Source: Octopus vulgaris
Taxonomy: Eukaryota
Assembly: GCA_951406725.2 (NCBI GenBank)
Contig: OX597831.1
Location: 6,820,001-6,884,000 of the forward strand
Direction of reading: 5' to 3'
DNA length: 64,000 nucleotides
Position numbers and translations under genes: made by a program. Below, piece after piece: positions 1 through 14,726 of this stretch. How positions within the stretch are numbered: position 1 is the stretch's first letter; each line of letters starts with the position of its first letter. The notes under the pieces were generated by a model, which had not been told where the DNA came from, searched no databases, and was given only the letters and a program-made list of their open reading frames with translations.

Positions 1-3000
1 GATAATAATAATAAAAGAAAAAACAGTTAAAAACACTGAAGTATTATTAGGAAGGCACTAAAAAATTAAGGAAATATCTTAAAATTGAAAAATTCTACCA
101 AAACAAAATGTTTCTTAGTTCAATAATTCTTCTGGGTTTCATTTTGAATCAAACATCTTTTAGAATTTCTTTTGGAACCTTGTGTTCAATTCTCTCTATT
201 TGGCTGTACATGTGTCAGATCTTTTCTTTCCATCATTGTAATTCAGATTCAAGTAAAGAGTTGTCCAAATTTACTAGTTTAGAACAATAATTTCCGTATA
301 AAGACAAAATTACATTCTTTGATTTCCATATCTTACATTCATCTTTTGATCCACGGCAAAATGTTTCCATACTTCAGCAGGGAAATAAGTTTCTTGCATA
401 ATAACGAGAGCAGAAACATGAAAAGATGTGAATTCTTAAAAATAAATACTGATATTTAGCTGCACATGGATTTAGTTGCTTTTATAAAGAGAGATCTACT
501 CAAAAAGTTCCTTTCATTTGACCAAAATAATCTAAAGAATATTACCAGCATCACTTACGTAAATATTTAGATTGCTGTTACATTAAAATTCCATATGGTT
601 ACACTGGTTTTACAGAAAATGATACTCCTTAAAGTTGGCACTGCTTTCAATGAAAGCCAATAGTCATTAAGTTGTATCTCTATAATTTTATTAGGTATCC
701 GGTTCTGTTCTAATTGAATTGAGTATCAAGTAGAGTTAAGTTTCAACCTCAATTTTGCCATAATGGCAACTACCACCTACTTTAGTAGTTTTTCTGCTCA
801 GAACTTACTATTTGCAGACTGCAAATTATTTAGATATTTGTTTTGAGATAAGTTTTCTCTTTGTGGATCAAGTTTCATCTAAACCATTTTCTTACAGCAG
901 CACTAAACCACTGAATGATAATTGAGAATGAGGAAACCAAGGACTGCACAGTTGGGGGTGTGAGCATACTGAGAGTACTGAGGGAGGGCAAGAGATGAGC
1001 CAGAGGTTACTCATTTGCTCTTCTAATTATTATATAGGCTTCATACGATTTAAAAACTGTTTAACTTTTCACTGTTTAGCCGGCCACAACACCTATCAAC
1101 TGATTCTTTCTGACTGACTCCCTTCTCTCTTTAACTGAGGCCTCTATTTGGGCAAATTTCAGACAAATTTTTTGCTATGACATACAACAAGGGAGTAAGC
1201 TTGGGATTACTCAAATCCAGAGCAGGTTTGTACCAGGAATTGCCAAAACAATGTAAAATAGTTTTGGCAATTCCAATAATAATAATAATAATCACTAGTG
1301 CCAATGTGTTATCAGTGTTTGCCTTTTCTTTAGATTACAGACATTATCAGCAAGGAATCCCCTATATGAAGAACAACTGGGTTCCTTTATCTGTATAAGA
1401 TTTAACCTCATGACAGAATATTCTAACTTAAGAACAACAGTACAATACTAGTCCAGGAAAACACTATGAGATGTCTAAAACTAAGGATAACTGTTTAGAG
1501 ATGAAAACGTTATTGAATATCTTTATGGGAAATTTTAGATTCTACACTCTCTCTCTCTGCTAAGACCAAACTGTCTCTCAGAGTTTAAAGTCTTCATTAA
1601 ACAATTTAGTAATTTGCAATTTTTTGGTCAAATAGAATTTTCATTATAGAATTTCCAGAATGTTAAACTGGATTGATATAAGAGCTCAGAGTTGATACTT
1701 TAGCTGGATGTTTTATGAATATTTACAAACATTAATAACCATTGCCTATAATATTTCATCAGTTTTACAATCTGGAATCTTGAGGGTTAGAGATAGTATT
1801 TAAAACATATTAAACTCTCACATTCATTGATAGCAACATTGAACTTGACAATGTGGAGAACTAAAGCTGTTAAAAAAAAGAAAGAAAGATCCATCAATAA
1901 CATGTACATCAATAACATTTGTACATTTTTAGAACTGAAAATACCAGGTGTAGTTTATATAAAAAATTTTCACCCATTCTCATCAAAACACAAGATAATT
2001 CAATGTCAACCAAAAAGGTAATTAGAATGTCCCTACATTCCAATATAGTAGAGAGAGGAGAATGAAATTCTTAATTTGTACTATAGTAGAAGAAACCATA
2101 TTTCAAGTCATTTGCAAGTAATTTGAGGATCCTAGAAACAATTTTTAATAATTATTTAATAATTATTTATATTGAGCTTTAGTGTCTGCATTTTATTGTA
2201 ATATACAACCTAGTAACCTTGCATTTCTATGCGCACAAAGACTGCATATTCTCGAAGCTTTAAACTTTCTGATGGTAAATACAACAGGAACACTTGCCAT
2301 GGTTAGAAAAAAAAAAAAAAAAGGAAAAACAAAGCATTAAAAAATGTCTGAGGACTGAGGAAGCATGGATAATATCCCAGTGTTCAGTTGGTACTTCTTT
2401 GACTGATTCTGAAAGGATGAAACCAACCAAATTTGAACTCAGAAGAAAAAAGCAAAATGCTGATAAGCCTTCTGCCGGGTGTGCAAACTATTCTGTCAGC
2501 TTGCCACTTTAGTCATAATGATAACTTGTAATATACAGGCACAAGGCCAGAAACTTGGGGGGAGGTTTTTAATCGATTCCACTGACACCAGTACATGACT
2601 GGTACTTTATTTCATTGGCATTTGAAGAATGGAAGAAGTTGACCCACCCAGGATATAAAGAGTTGGAACTAATATCACAAAGCATATTTTCTGATGCTCC
2701 AATGATTCTAGTATTTGGCTATCTTAATAACATTAAATGTAGTTCTGTCGCTGCTTAAAATTAGCAGAATGTTCATGGCTGTTACACCTATGATGATTGA
2801 TCTGCTCATTTAGAGCAGACCTGTTGTCAATAACAACAAGCAATCTGATACTGAAATATTTGGGGGACAAATTAACTTTCAAATGGAAATCACTTCACAA
2901 CAAAGCGTTTCTTGTTTCTACTTCACTGCATGATACAGAAGCAAAGTTATTTTCTATATTGTATGTATGAGTGTATCTGCATGCGTGTAGGTTTGTGTCT

Positions 3001-3067
3001 GTCTGTTTTCACCAAATTAAAAATTGATGTTGTGTTCCTTTATATCCTGTAACTTAATCAGTTTGAC

Positions 3068-3372
3068 ATCATCGTTTAACGTCCGCTTTCCATGTTAGCA
3101 TGGGTTGGACGGTTCGACTGGGATCTGGGAAGCCAGGAGGCTGCACCAGGCCCAGTCTGATCTGGCAGTGTTTCTACAGCTGGATGCCCTTCCTAATGCC
3201 AACCACCCCATGAATGTAGTGGGTGCTTTTTACGTTCCACAGGCACGGAGGGCCAGTCGAGGTGGCGCTGGCAATGGCCATGTTCGGATGGTTCTTTTAC
3301 ATGCCACCGGCATTGGTATCACAACTGCAATTTCCATTGATTTTTGATCGATTTCGATTTCACTTGCCTCAA
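3068..3372 (-). mobile_element. Young octopus SINE-like family (V-domain-like core, (GAT)n tail), copy 1
   Basis: Plus strand reads catcatcgtttaacgtccgctttccatg..agcatgggttggacgg...ctggatgcccttcctaa.gccaaccac...gtagtgggtgctttttacgt. The minus strand carries aggaagggcatccagctgtagaaa and ends in (GAT)n. Confidence 0.85.
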
Positions 3373-4006
3373 CGACCACTTTTCCATGCATGCATGAATT
3401 GGGTAGAGTTCATTGAAGTAAGTTTTCTATGGCCAGATACCCTCCTTGCAGTCAACCCTCACCTGTTTCCAAGCAAGGTAATATTTCCCCTCCATGACCA
3501 GATATGTTGTTTTTTCATGGAAGACTAGAAACGAACAACACTGCTTGTATGACAGTGCCACTCATTTACGATTATTATGTGATGCCAAGACAAGGAGACA
3601 CAAACACAAATACACGTCTCATAATAAATATCAGAGGTGATATGACCAGTAAAAGAATGAAGTAGCTTAGGTTTTGTCAAAGCCAATATTTGGAAATTTT
3701 ATATTTTTCTAAGTACATTGAAACAATGATAAATGGATTGAATATATAATAGGGAGGTATTACAAACAAATCCAGAATATTAAGATATAAAATATAACTT
3801 TGATTAATTTCCTTTTCCCTCCCCCATTACAATTGAAATGTTTACTTCTTCTATTAGCAAAAACATAGCCACCTTAGAAACATTACTATTTACTTAAACC
3901 AAATCTCACCTTGTTCATAGTTAACTGAAAACATGTATCATCATGCAAAAAAATTTTCTGAGTTCCATAATTCCCATGTTGGCCATTCAGACAGCCCACA
4001 CTTCAA

Positions 4007-4535
4007 CCCTTAAGCATTCAAATTACTGTCAAATGCAACATTTATTCACATTATTTTGAATTAATCATGCATTATCTTGTAGCTTTGAGATTTTAATAAA
4101 GTGATCGTAGTAATGTAGGTGTGGCTGTGTGGTAAGTAGCTTGCTTTCCAACCACGTGGTTCCGGGTTCAGTCCCACTGTGTGGCACCTTGGGCAAGTGT
4201 CTTCTACTATAGCCTTGGGCTGATCAAAGCCTTCTGAATGGATTTGGTAGATGGAAATTGAAAGAAGCCCGTCGTATATATGTATGTATGTGTGTCTGTA
4301 TTTGTACCCCTAACATTGCTTGACCACCGATGCTGGTGTGTTTACATCCCCGTAACTTAGTGGTTCTGCAAAAAGTGACCGATAGATAGAATAAGTACTA
4401 GGCTTACAAAGAATAAGTCCTGGGGGTCGATTTGCTCGACTAAAGGCAGTGCTCCAGCATGGCCACAGTCACATGATTGAAACAGGTAAAAGAGAATATT
4501 TTGGCTGGATCTGGCCGATTTAAATGCTAAAGGAG
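4007..4535. mobile_element. MITE family B copy in opposite orientation, interrupted by a SINE
   Basis: 4007-4110 (cccttaagcattcaaa...attatcttgtagctttgagattt) and 4494-4535 (gaatattttggctggatctggccgatttaaatgctaaagg) match the reverse complement of the two ends of 14727-14944. Confidence 0.7.
4117..4496 (+). mobile_element. Full-length tRNA-derived octopus SINE
   Basis: A-box-like gtggctgtgtgg, B-box ggttcagtccc, body ccttgggcaagtgtcttctactatagcc, and 3' end ggcagtgctccagcatggccacagtc..tgaaaca..taaaagag. Homologues at 28138-28460, 16645-16805, 24781-24905, 29355-29478, 46140-46215 and 59820-59960. Confidence 0.85.
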
Positions 4536-5340
4536 TAATTCATAATTTCCTTCTTTGGGCCCAACTCTTAGCATCATATGAACATGGGATTATAATTATA
4601 TATATATGTAGTATACACACACAACATAGTTTGGGTATTTTAAAACCTGGCAGAGATTATCCCCTATAGGTCTGAACAAAGTCAATTTCTTCCAGGAAAA
4701 AAGAGAAAATTAGAAGGATTGATCCCAAAACTGGCCTGGAGTGCAAAAAGTAAATTTGACTTTGGCAGGTTTTGAACTCAAAATGCAGAGAGCTGGAACA
4801 CAGCCTTAAGCATTCTATTCAATGCTCTAATGACTGCAATCTCTTTACATAACATATTCACTCCAAATTTAACTGAACTGGAAATACATTTGAACAAATT
4901 AGTCATTTACTATGCAATGTAAATTACTAAATATTTTACAGTCTTTTGAACAAAACTGTCATGGGTGTGTATGTGTGAAATACTCCATATGTGCCACACG
5001 TGACTCGGGAGTAAAAGAGCTGACAGTTTTTGCGAAGGAAACAGGAGCACCTAAATGACTCATTTCATATTGCCATTTACCCATACAATAATTGTTAGGC
5101 CTTTAATGTTGATTGTTGTAGAAATTTAGTCAATATTTCCATCAGAGATTAGGTGGTTTCACAAGTGTTTGGCTAACTCACACAAAGCTAGAGATAATGA
5201 ATATAATGAACCGTTTTTGGCATCATTTAGGGGGATCGGAATTGTGTCTTCATGTTTGAACTTGTATGGTCAATAATTTTACATGAAACTAGGAAAAAAT
5301 CAAATATTTTCAATAAAAACATTGTCAATGAAATATTTAA

Positions 5341-5560
5341 CCCTTTCGTTACTGTATTTATTTTGAGATGCTCTGTGTTTCTTTCAATTACTTTAAATAT
5401 AACAAAGAATTTAGTAAAATAACTTAGTTATCATTAAGCTAGTGTTAGGAATATAAATTGTGACTAAGGTTTGGTGGAAGATTTTAATTCAAAACTTATG
5501 AAAACAAGACATTTTACCACAGAGCCAGAGCCGGTTTTGGCCGGGTTAGTAACAAAAGGG
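5341..5560. mobile_element. piggyBac-type MITE, family A (220 bp)
   Basis: TTAA on both sides (5337-40, 5561-64). TIRs CCCTTTCGTTAC / GTAACAAAAGGG. An inverted full-length homologue lies at 19277-19496. Confidence 0.88.
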
Positions 5561-5849
5561 TTAAGTTATATAAATTAAAACAAACTTGATGTGACAGTAG
5601 ATCTAATAAGAAATCAGCTAGAATTTCCAATGTTGACAGTTTTGTTTACATTTGTCATTAAACTATAATGAATGGGGAAGAGAAAAAAACAAAGGAAAAT
5701 CTTTTTTTTTTAAACTTTACTACTCATATTATCCTTATTTATAAAACTAACGCAATATGTAAAAATAAAATCTAACACAGAATAAAATTACCAGTCTATT
5801 GACTACAAAATGCACTTGCATCGGTTTTTTGTTTTTGTTTTTGTTTTTA

Positions 5850-6044
<195 letters not shown>

Positions 6045-7823
6045 TCACAAAGTCTTCAATTTTTTTGTTTGTTTGCAAAACAAGGAGCAATAGTCAAGTG
6101 TCATAATCTAATGGATAATTATGAAAAATTAAATTTTCTATTTTCTCCTTAAAATGGGGATAAAAAGAAAACATATCAATTGAAAAAGGAGTTAAAAAGA
6201 AACATTTTTTAGCACATCTTTAAGAAAGAGATTTACAGAGTCAGTCTACAGTTATTCAAGTGACAACTTGTAACCAAAACACAACATGGACGGAAGTGAA
6301 ATTCAGAGTCGTAATGACAAAGTTGACACAAGACTAAAGAAATGCAACCAAATACTACAAATTATATACACCTGAAGGGTTTCTGCTTAGATTTTGTTAA
6401 CCAAATTTCACTCACCCAGAGTTTGAATTTGCTCAAAGTGCCATGCAGTAAGACAGAACTCTCAACCAAGTGATCATTGCAAATCAAATCCATATGGCTA
6501 TAAACTCATATATATATATATATATATATTATGTATGAAGCACACAAAACAATATATTAAAGAAGAGCTATATCAACAGTTCTTCATCTTCAGTGTTAGA
6601 ATGAAATTACAAAGCAATAAAGTACCACAAACAATACAATGACATCCCAATACAGTGGCCAACTCGGAAAGTTTTTTAAAATTTGCTTTTATGGTTTGGT
6701 CTGAGGAGGAAGTGCAACACCCATGATCATTCTTAGAAACTCCTACATTGGTGAGTAGAATGGAGGAGGAGACTATCCTCAGGCTAGACATTTTTTTTTT
6801 TTATAGAGTGGATTCTGCTAAAGATCCTCAAGGGCTCAGCAATAATGTGATGGATTACAGACAACCTCCTCATTGCCTACTGAAATGTAAACACCAAAAT
6901 TAACTTTTTCACACCAAAAATTAAATATTAATAAACAATGATGAAGTTTTACTGAAGAGGAACTGGGGATGATTACATTTGTGCAGCATTTCTCAAAGGT
7001 TTTAACAAAATAAATAAAAAAGGTACCAAGTAACAATATAAACAGTGAGAAACTTAGTCTGACAAAAGTTATTGGTACACTAAATTTTGTGTATATTCTA
7101 TCATAATAAATACATTGCAATATCACAGAGTTCAAATCCTATGAAGGCCAACTTTGCATTTCATCCTTTCAGGGTCAATGATTAAAGTATCAGCCAAATG
7201 TAGGTGTCCCCCTACCCTCTCCAACTATCACAGCCTGAATGTTCTGCAGGTTCAAAGGATGAAAAGTCAAGCAGATGTCCACGTCTGCTTTCGTCTATAG
7301 GGACATCTAAAACCATTAATAAAAACATGGGACATCATGATATCAAGCTGTCTTAGATTGATTGCTGTAGTATTTTCCAACCCAACCAAATCTGTAATTA
7401 GAAACTTATTTCAATTTCTTCAAGTCAAATACCTCAATACTATACTTTCTCTTTGTGTTAGTATCAAACAATTCACTGGGTCTGTGATAGTGCAAGAGCC
7501 GCACCATACAAGCTGTGTGAATATGTGCATACTTTACAGTTAAATGCATAGAAGTACAGTGACATACTATGTATTTGATGTACACTCCTGAGAAAGAAGC
7601 CATTAACAAGCATGTAATAAAAATTTATATATTTTTTTCAACATAGCTCATTATCTTTTACTGTCACAAAAAGCTTACTGATTCTACAGCCACCAACATG
7701 TTATATAAACTATAGTTAGATGTATAGAAATACTGTTATATATAACATATTTGATGTACACACCTTAGAAAGAAAACACTAACAAGCATGTAATAAAAAT
7801 TTATATATATATATATTTTTTCA

Positions 7824-7976
<153 letters not shown>

Positions 7977-8706
7977 TTAAAGCCATGTACAAGTTTTGTT
8001 TGTTTTTGGTTTGAAATTAAGCTCATCAAAATGTAATTCAACACAGACCGTTCCACATTGTTATTAACTGAATGATTGTACCAAAACATTCAATTTCTTA
8101 TTCTAAATCATATTTCCTCATTGAGGTTTTATTTTATATAAAAGTGTGATCCAAATAACTTTTTCTAAAAATATGCCATTTCTACTTAAGGAACATTTAT
8201 TTGTAGATTATCTTCGAATTCAGTCTATTCAATGTCTATACTAACATAATTGTCTTTTACATATACTAAACAATATTTTCCCACAGCAAATTTTCTTTTC
8301 TTTTAAAGAAAACTAGAGATTGTTTGTCTCTCAAGTTAACTTGACCAGTTAATTTCTCTGCTCATTCAGGAAGTCCTCTGTATCCATGGTTTAGCATTTT
8401 GCTTCTCAAAAATGCATTACATAATTGAATTTTCATACAGAAAACCTTTAATAAAAACAACCCCCAATTCCATACACTTCCTCTATCCATTCTGTACTAG
8501 TTCTATATGATGCTGTTAGCTGCTAATTTTTAAACTCACCAAAGCAAGGGGTAGTTTAAGAATATAACAAAGGTCAACTTGAACTGCTAAGACATAAAAA
8601 GTGACTAATGTGTTTAGGACATTTAAGTAAGGTTTGAAATGAAAAGTTAAATATTTTGAAAATCATTTATTGACAAGCTACCGATAGATTTTAAGCTCTA
8701 CACCTA

Positions 8707-9135
8707 TCATCATTTAACGTCCATTTTCCATGCTAGCATGGGTTGAACAGTTTGACCAGGGTCTGGGAAGCCAGGAGGCTACACCAGGCTCCAGTCTGAT
8801 ATGGCAGTGTTTCTACGGCTGGATGCCCTTCTTAATGCCAACCACTCCGTGAGTGTAGTGGGTGCTTTTTATGTGCCAGGGGAGGCTGGCAGCGGCCACG
8901 ATTGGTTGGTGCTTTTTACGTGCCACCGGCACAGAAGCCAGACAAGGCGACGCTGGCATCGGCCACGTTCGGATGGTGCTTTTTATGTGCCACCGGCACA
9001 GGTATCACAACTACAATTTCCATGTGATATTTATTTTGATGTTGAAGTACTTGACTCAGTAGGTCTCCTCAAGCACAGCAGGTCATGGGCCACTGGCACA
9101 GAAGCCAGTCAAGGCGGCGCTGGCATCGGCCACGC
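8707..9135 (-). mobile_element. Young SINE-like family, copy 2
   Basis: Same consensus as 3068, with three ggtgcttttta(c/t)gtgcca subrepeats. Confidence 0.85.
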
Positions 9136-10392
9136 TGACTATTTTACAAAAATATGCCAATCATATTAACTGGCTTGAACGTATGGAATTTTGTATCGTT
9201 TAGTTACAAATAAAAGTAAAACAACTTTCCAGTGAGACCGAGTCCACAGACATCCAAACATGTCTCAGTTTATTGGTGTAGCTCTTCTGTATGTATCTAC
9301 CCAAATAAGAAGACCTATGGGGTCCTCAAATTGCCAGAAATAGCAGCCAGATCTCTCTCAACTTATACTGTTGTCTTATATAAGGAGAGCCACATTGGAT
9401 AATGATACCCGTCATACCCATAAAAGATGAAATGGATACAACTGAAGTGCTTTTGATTACAAGTCTGTTGAATCAGGGTTGACCTGGGGTTAAACAGCAA
9501 CATTCATTCATACTAGAATAGCCATCTCCTTGGCTTAAATTGTGTTCAATCGCTCTTTGAAAATAATGTACAATACGATTACCATATTTCTAATGAAAAT
9601 AATAAATTTGGAGTGATTTATTAAAATAAATTTTTTTATTAATAAGTTGGTGTTTGGATGGAACTCAACAAAGGCTTCTTATTAATGGAAGGTTTTAATT
9701 TTATAAATGACAAATTTAAAATTAAGAAATTTTGCATAAAAAAAACAAGCAGTTTCAGGTAGATTTACACTGAAAGAATTAAGCTAACAGTCATTTTTCT
9801 GAAATGCAAACACTGACACCAATACCAAAAAGTTAGGGAATCTTTAGTGAATCATGTCTAACAGCAGAATAAAATATTATTGTTAATATGTTCCAGATTT
9901 ATAGGGAAGAGGAAGAGAATTGTGACATTTATTTTTAAAGGCCATAAAATGGCAAAAGCGAAGTTAAATACTTTCCACTAAAACTCAAATGAAAACTGAA
10001 TTGCACTGGTGAAAGCTAATTTTTACAGCGCTCACCACCCGATAAATAAATGTGGACAAAAAAACTGCAGTCATGTGAAGTTTGTTCATCCAGCTTGTGC
10101 AATAACCTTATATCTGTCGATTCTATTATTACCTTACTGTAGTAATTATCTTGCAAGACATACCAAGCTCTACTCTTTGCCTTTTCTACAACCACCACCA
10201 CCACCACCACCACTACAGTGGCCTGTGTTTCTGACTCACTTGTCTCCCCTCACTTCCTATCATATACACTGTGTCTACACCCTTCCTCTCTTAACCACTG
10301 TTGTCCAATCCACCTTCCACACAATGTCGTCAGCCCTCTGACAATTCTCTCACTGCAGGTATCTTCCTTGTAGTTGTTTACTTTTAACTCTT

Positions 10393-10735
10393 CATCATCA
10401 TCGTCCATTTTCCATGCTAGCATGGGTTGGACGGTTCGACTGGGGTCTGGGAAGCCAGGAGGCTGCACCAGGCCCAGTCTGATCTGGCAGAGTTTCTACA
10501 GCTGGATGCCCTTCCTAACGCCAACCACTCCATGAGTATAGTGGGTGCTTTTTACGTGCCAGGCGAGGCTGGCAATGGCCATGATTGGTTGGTGCCTTTT
10601 ACGTGCCACCGACATGGAAGTCAATCAAGCACAAGGTCGAAACGGTGTTTCTTTACTTGCCACCTGCACAGGAGTCAGTCCAGCGGCACTGGCAACTGCT
10701 GGGTGCCAGTCATAGGATTGGTTCGATTCCGATTC
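10393..10735 (-). mobile_element. Young SINE-like family, copy 3
   Basis: Same consensus as 3068. Confidence 0.85.
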
Positions 10736-12125
10736 TTCAAGAAGACTATTAACTGCATTGACTTCACTAGTCTTGGAGGGCCTGCTCAAGCCATGATCAA
10801 AGCCTTGGCTCCCAGAACAATCAATACAAAAAAAAATTTGTTACATTGAATACAGAAGAGACAATGCTGCCTTTGACGGGACTCAACCAAGCAAAGCTAC
10901 TCCACTTTCTACAGCTGAACAGTGATTATGTCACAATGATTATAAAAAGTACAGCTCAATATATTGGTATGGTCAAGGAAAAGACAAGTTACACCAGTAA
11001 TCGGTCTGAGACAAATATGTTGATTAGACGGTCCGTTAAACCTGGGGAAAGATTTTGATTACAGCCTGCTGCATGTTATGGTTGATGAACTACATTTTAT
11101 CCGTATCAATCCAATATATACGTATCTCAATATTACTCGATAAGTCTCACTAAAACACAAGGAAATTCCATAACAATGCTTCTTCAAAAATACAAACTCA
11201 ACTGTATGCATTTGTTTCACCTAGTTGCTCATCATTTCTAAGAACAATTACAATTTGTACCTGAGTTTTAGTGATTTATTCTTATTTGAGTAATTCTGAA
11301 ACTAATTGGATGGTGCATCCAAATATTTATAATGCAGGTGTTTAACTGGGGAAAAATATGACCATCTTCAACAACACACACACATGCAGGTAACTTGATT
11401 GTCTTTCTGAATGGTAAGTCTAATGAAAAATTACCTTCAACCTTATTTTTAGTAGTGTGGCCCACCTGATGATGAGCAAGGTCTCATGTGGCCTGCTTCT
11501 TAAAAAAGGTTGTCTATGCCTGATATATATGTATATTACTGGATTTAGCCATTGGATTACATCCAGGATAGATTATCCTTCTCAAGGGTTCGGTCATTTA
11601 CATTAATCCCAGAATTTACTTCTTCCTTCTTTACTTTTATTGATCAATATTTGTTAAATTACTAAGTTTTGCAAGATACTAGTTTATACATAATCAGACA
11701 TTTTAACAAAGAATTATGCATATGTGTGTATAAATCTGTGCATTTGTGACAGAGAGAGAGAGTTTATCTCATTTCTCTTTATTCAGAGAAAAAAGTCTGA
11801 TAAACCCTCTTACTGTATCACATGAAACATTGTCCAGTGCCTCTCCATCAGTATGTGTATTCCTCTATGCATGCATGCATGCATGCGCGCACACACGCTC
11901 TGTTATTAAAGCTGACAGCTATTCCATGAATTCAAGATTTCTGAGAGGCATATCAATGAAGAACCTTACATGTGTGTATTTCCCTGTATATTCATGGTAG
12001 TGTCTGTGTATCTTAGTGCATGTAACAGTATGTTTCTATTGTATGACTGTGCGTGGATGTAGAGTGAGAAACTGAAGGTTGATAACTTTCTCATCAATAA
12101 ACAATGTCAACCTATGTGACACACG

Positions 12126-12150
12126 GGTGTGTGTGTGTGTGTGTCTGTGT

Positions 12151-12194
<44 letters not shown>
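12126..12194. repeat. (GT)n microsatellite
   Basis: gtgtgt... with two gtct interruptions. Confidence 0.95.
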
Positions 12195-12198
<4 letters not shown>

Positions 12199-13319
12199 GG
12201 ATGCATAAACCAAAAGTCATCAGAAAATTCTCAGTCAACTTTTTCTTAATAAGAAGACTGATTAAAGATATCAGATAAAAACTAACTTTTGAACAAAACA
12301 AGTAGCTACATTAATTAGGCTGGCTCAATCAGAACTAACTTGGGGTTAAACGACAACTAAAATAAACTACTGAACTACGAGCCACGGTCTGCAATTAGCA
12401 GCTTTGGTGTCTAATAACATATATTTAATGAGTTAGGATGGCCACACCAAGAGGATTGAAATGTTAAAGTGCTTCACCTAATAAACAGTTATAAATAGGT
12501 GCAATGAGGAAGCAGAACAAAATTTTGAGAATGTTTAGAATGTTCCATTAGTTTAGTGCTGAGATCAAATCCTCACCCTCTCACTAATTGACACTAACCA
12601 TATTATTATTAGTACAAGAGAAGAAAACCAGGTTTTCGGTGAGCCAAAAACTGCAACTCAGTTTTAAAGTTTTAGAAAAGAAAATATAAAAAAAACAATG
12701 CAAAGGTCTCTTACTAAGAAATTGTCGGATATAAGAGATTGCAATGTCCGCAACCAGATAAACTAAATTGATAAAGCATTTGCACCCCAACAACATTAAC
12801 TTCTACCGTCACCTGTTTACTCTCTCACCCCTCACACTCTGATGAAAATATCCATTCTCATCCCCTCTCATGACCTACTCTTCTCATCCTCTCTTATGCT
12901 TGCCTTCTTGTTCATTGAGTTTGCTCAAGCACCCCATCACTACCTTCCTCTTATCCCCTTCAGTCATATAGTTCCTTTATAGCAAGACACCTGTGCTTGT
13001 CTCTCATATTCCAACACCTGGCAAAACCCCACCCATCTCCATCTTTCCCTTCCAAATACTTCCTCTTAGTAGTGGGAGCTTTTTTCCCTTTTATTTTGTC
13101 TGTCTTATTCTGTCTGGCAAGTTACATGGCAACCTCACTAGTGCTGATGGTAAGAAAAAAAGCACCCAGCGCACTCTGTAAAGTGGTTGGCATGTAACCA
13201 TAGAAACCATACCAAAACTGAGACACTGAAGCTTGATGCAGCTCTGTAGCTCACTGGTTCCATGTCAGACCATCCAACCCATGCCAGCATGGAAAGTGGG
13301 CATCAAATGATGATAAAAG

Positions 13320-13588
13320 CATCATCATCATCGTTTAACGTCCGCTTTCCATGCTAGCATGGGTTGGACGATTTTGACTGAGGGCTGGCGAACCAGATGA
13401 CTGCACCAGGCTCCAGTCTTGATCTGGCAGAGTTTCTACAGCTGGATGCCCTTCCTAATGCCAACCACTCTGAGAGTGTAGTGGGTGCTTTTTACGTGCC
13501 ACCAGCAAGGAGGCCAGTCAGGCGGTACTGGCAATGACCTCGCTCAAATCTTTTTACACATGCCATCAGCACAGGTGCCAGTAAGGCA
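13320..13588 (-). mobile_element. Young SINE-like family, copy 4, tail-to-tail with an older opposite-strand relative at ~13150-13315
   Basis: Same consensus as 3068. It is directly preceded by ccatccaacccatgccagcatggaaagtggg..aaatgatgat. Confidence 0.85.
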
Positions 13589-14340
13589 AAATGTTTGTTT
13601 GAATTGTGCAATTACAATAGGCACATCTCAAGTAAATTAAAGGCTGTAGAATTTGCTCCTTACATTTATCATCAACAGCTGAGTAAATCTTGGAAATTAA
13701 TGACAAGTTTACCAGATTATATTTATTAGAATATAGTTGGAGCTAGAGATGATGAGCAATATGGCAAAACAGCAGAAAGTTTCAGATTATCTTTGTATGA
13801 TGAGAAATAATCCATCATTGCAGCAATAAAACCTTGTTATTGTTTAGTCACAAGACTAATGACTGAGCTGACATATGATTAAAAAGTATTCTAGTCATGG
13901 CTTTGCCATTTTTTGTTTTTTTTTTTGGCTTAGTACACCATGAACTGAATTATTCAATTCTTTTTTTTTTTTAAGGTGGATGATTCAATTCTATGGAGAT
14001 TTGGCTGTAATTTCTTGCAGGTCCAACAAAGAGGGCCCCTCAGCTAAAATAAATAATCTTAATTCATGGCACCAACTTAACATCCACGTAAAAGAGAGAT
14101 TTCTTACACTAAACATAGAATACAGTTTTATGTCAAAGTATCAGTCTTTTGTATACAATTTTTGTTCTAAGTGTTAATAAATTAAGAAAAATAAATAAAT
14201 GCGGACCAATTTTCTTCATTTTTTTTTTAATCACAAAATGATAAATCCCAAGTGTATGAAGAAGCCCCACCCAGCAAGGATCTAAAGAAAAGATGTGCAG
14301 TGAAATGCAACCAAATGAATTTCACCAATAAGCAACTCAC

Positions 14341-14469
14341 CTAAAAATTATACTATCCAAATCAAAAGGATATTCTATAATACCAGTTGTCGGTACTCGC
14401 ACTCGAAGAATATCTTGTAATGTTGGGATATACCCAGGTTCATGGATACGATCAATATCATCTAGGTAA
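14341..14469 (-). CDS. GNAQ: G-protein alpha-q subunit, coding exon 4 (129 bp; switch I)
   Basis: tttccag|T TAC CTA GAT... translates to [42 protein letters not shown](R)|gtgagt. The catalytic Arg in RVPTTG is intact. Confidence 0.97.
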
Positions 14470-14726
14470 CTGGAAAGAAAGAAACATTAGGAATGGTTTG
14501 AAAATGAATCAATAAAATTTTAAGGCTAGTTTCACATGAATTTACATAAAATGAATAAACTCGCTTTTTTTTTAATTTTCAAATGTAGTTAATATCCAAT
14601 GGGTATGCAAATTAAAACATTTGATACAATATTATTATTATTAGGTCAAATAAGCATCATTTTCCAACTAAATAGATTAAGATAAATTTAAATTTTGCAT
14701 TGTTTTGGGGTTAGATTTTTTTTTAA

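Noticed and set aside
336-433. Possible cassette exon on the minus strand (tttttaag...gtaaga) open in phase 1 after exon 6
   Set aside because: The peptide (EFTSFHVSALVIMQETYFPAEVWKHFAVDQKMN) has no G-alpha similarity. Such splice-like pairs are common in AT-rich introns and it cannot be supported without RNA data.
4975-5110. Minus-strand peptide LFYSRVTCGT resembling the Gq exon 7 motif IIYSHFTCAT
   Set aside because: No phase-1 acceptor leads into that frame, there is no upstream AREF-like or downstream DTENIRF match, and no good donor. Most likely coincidence.
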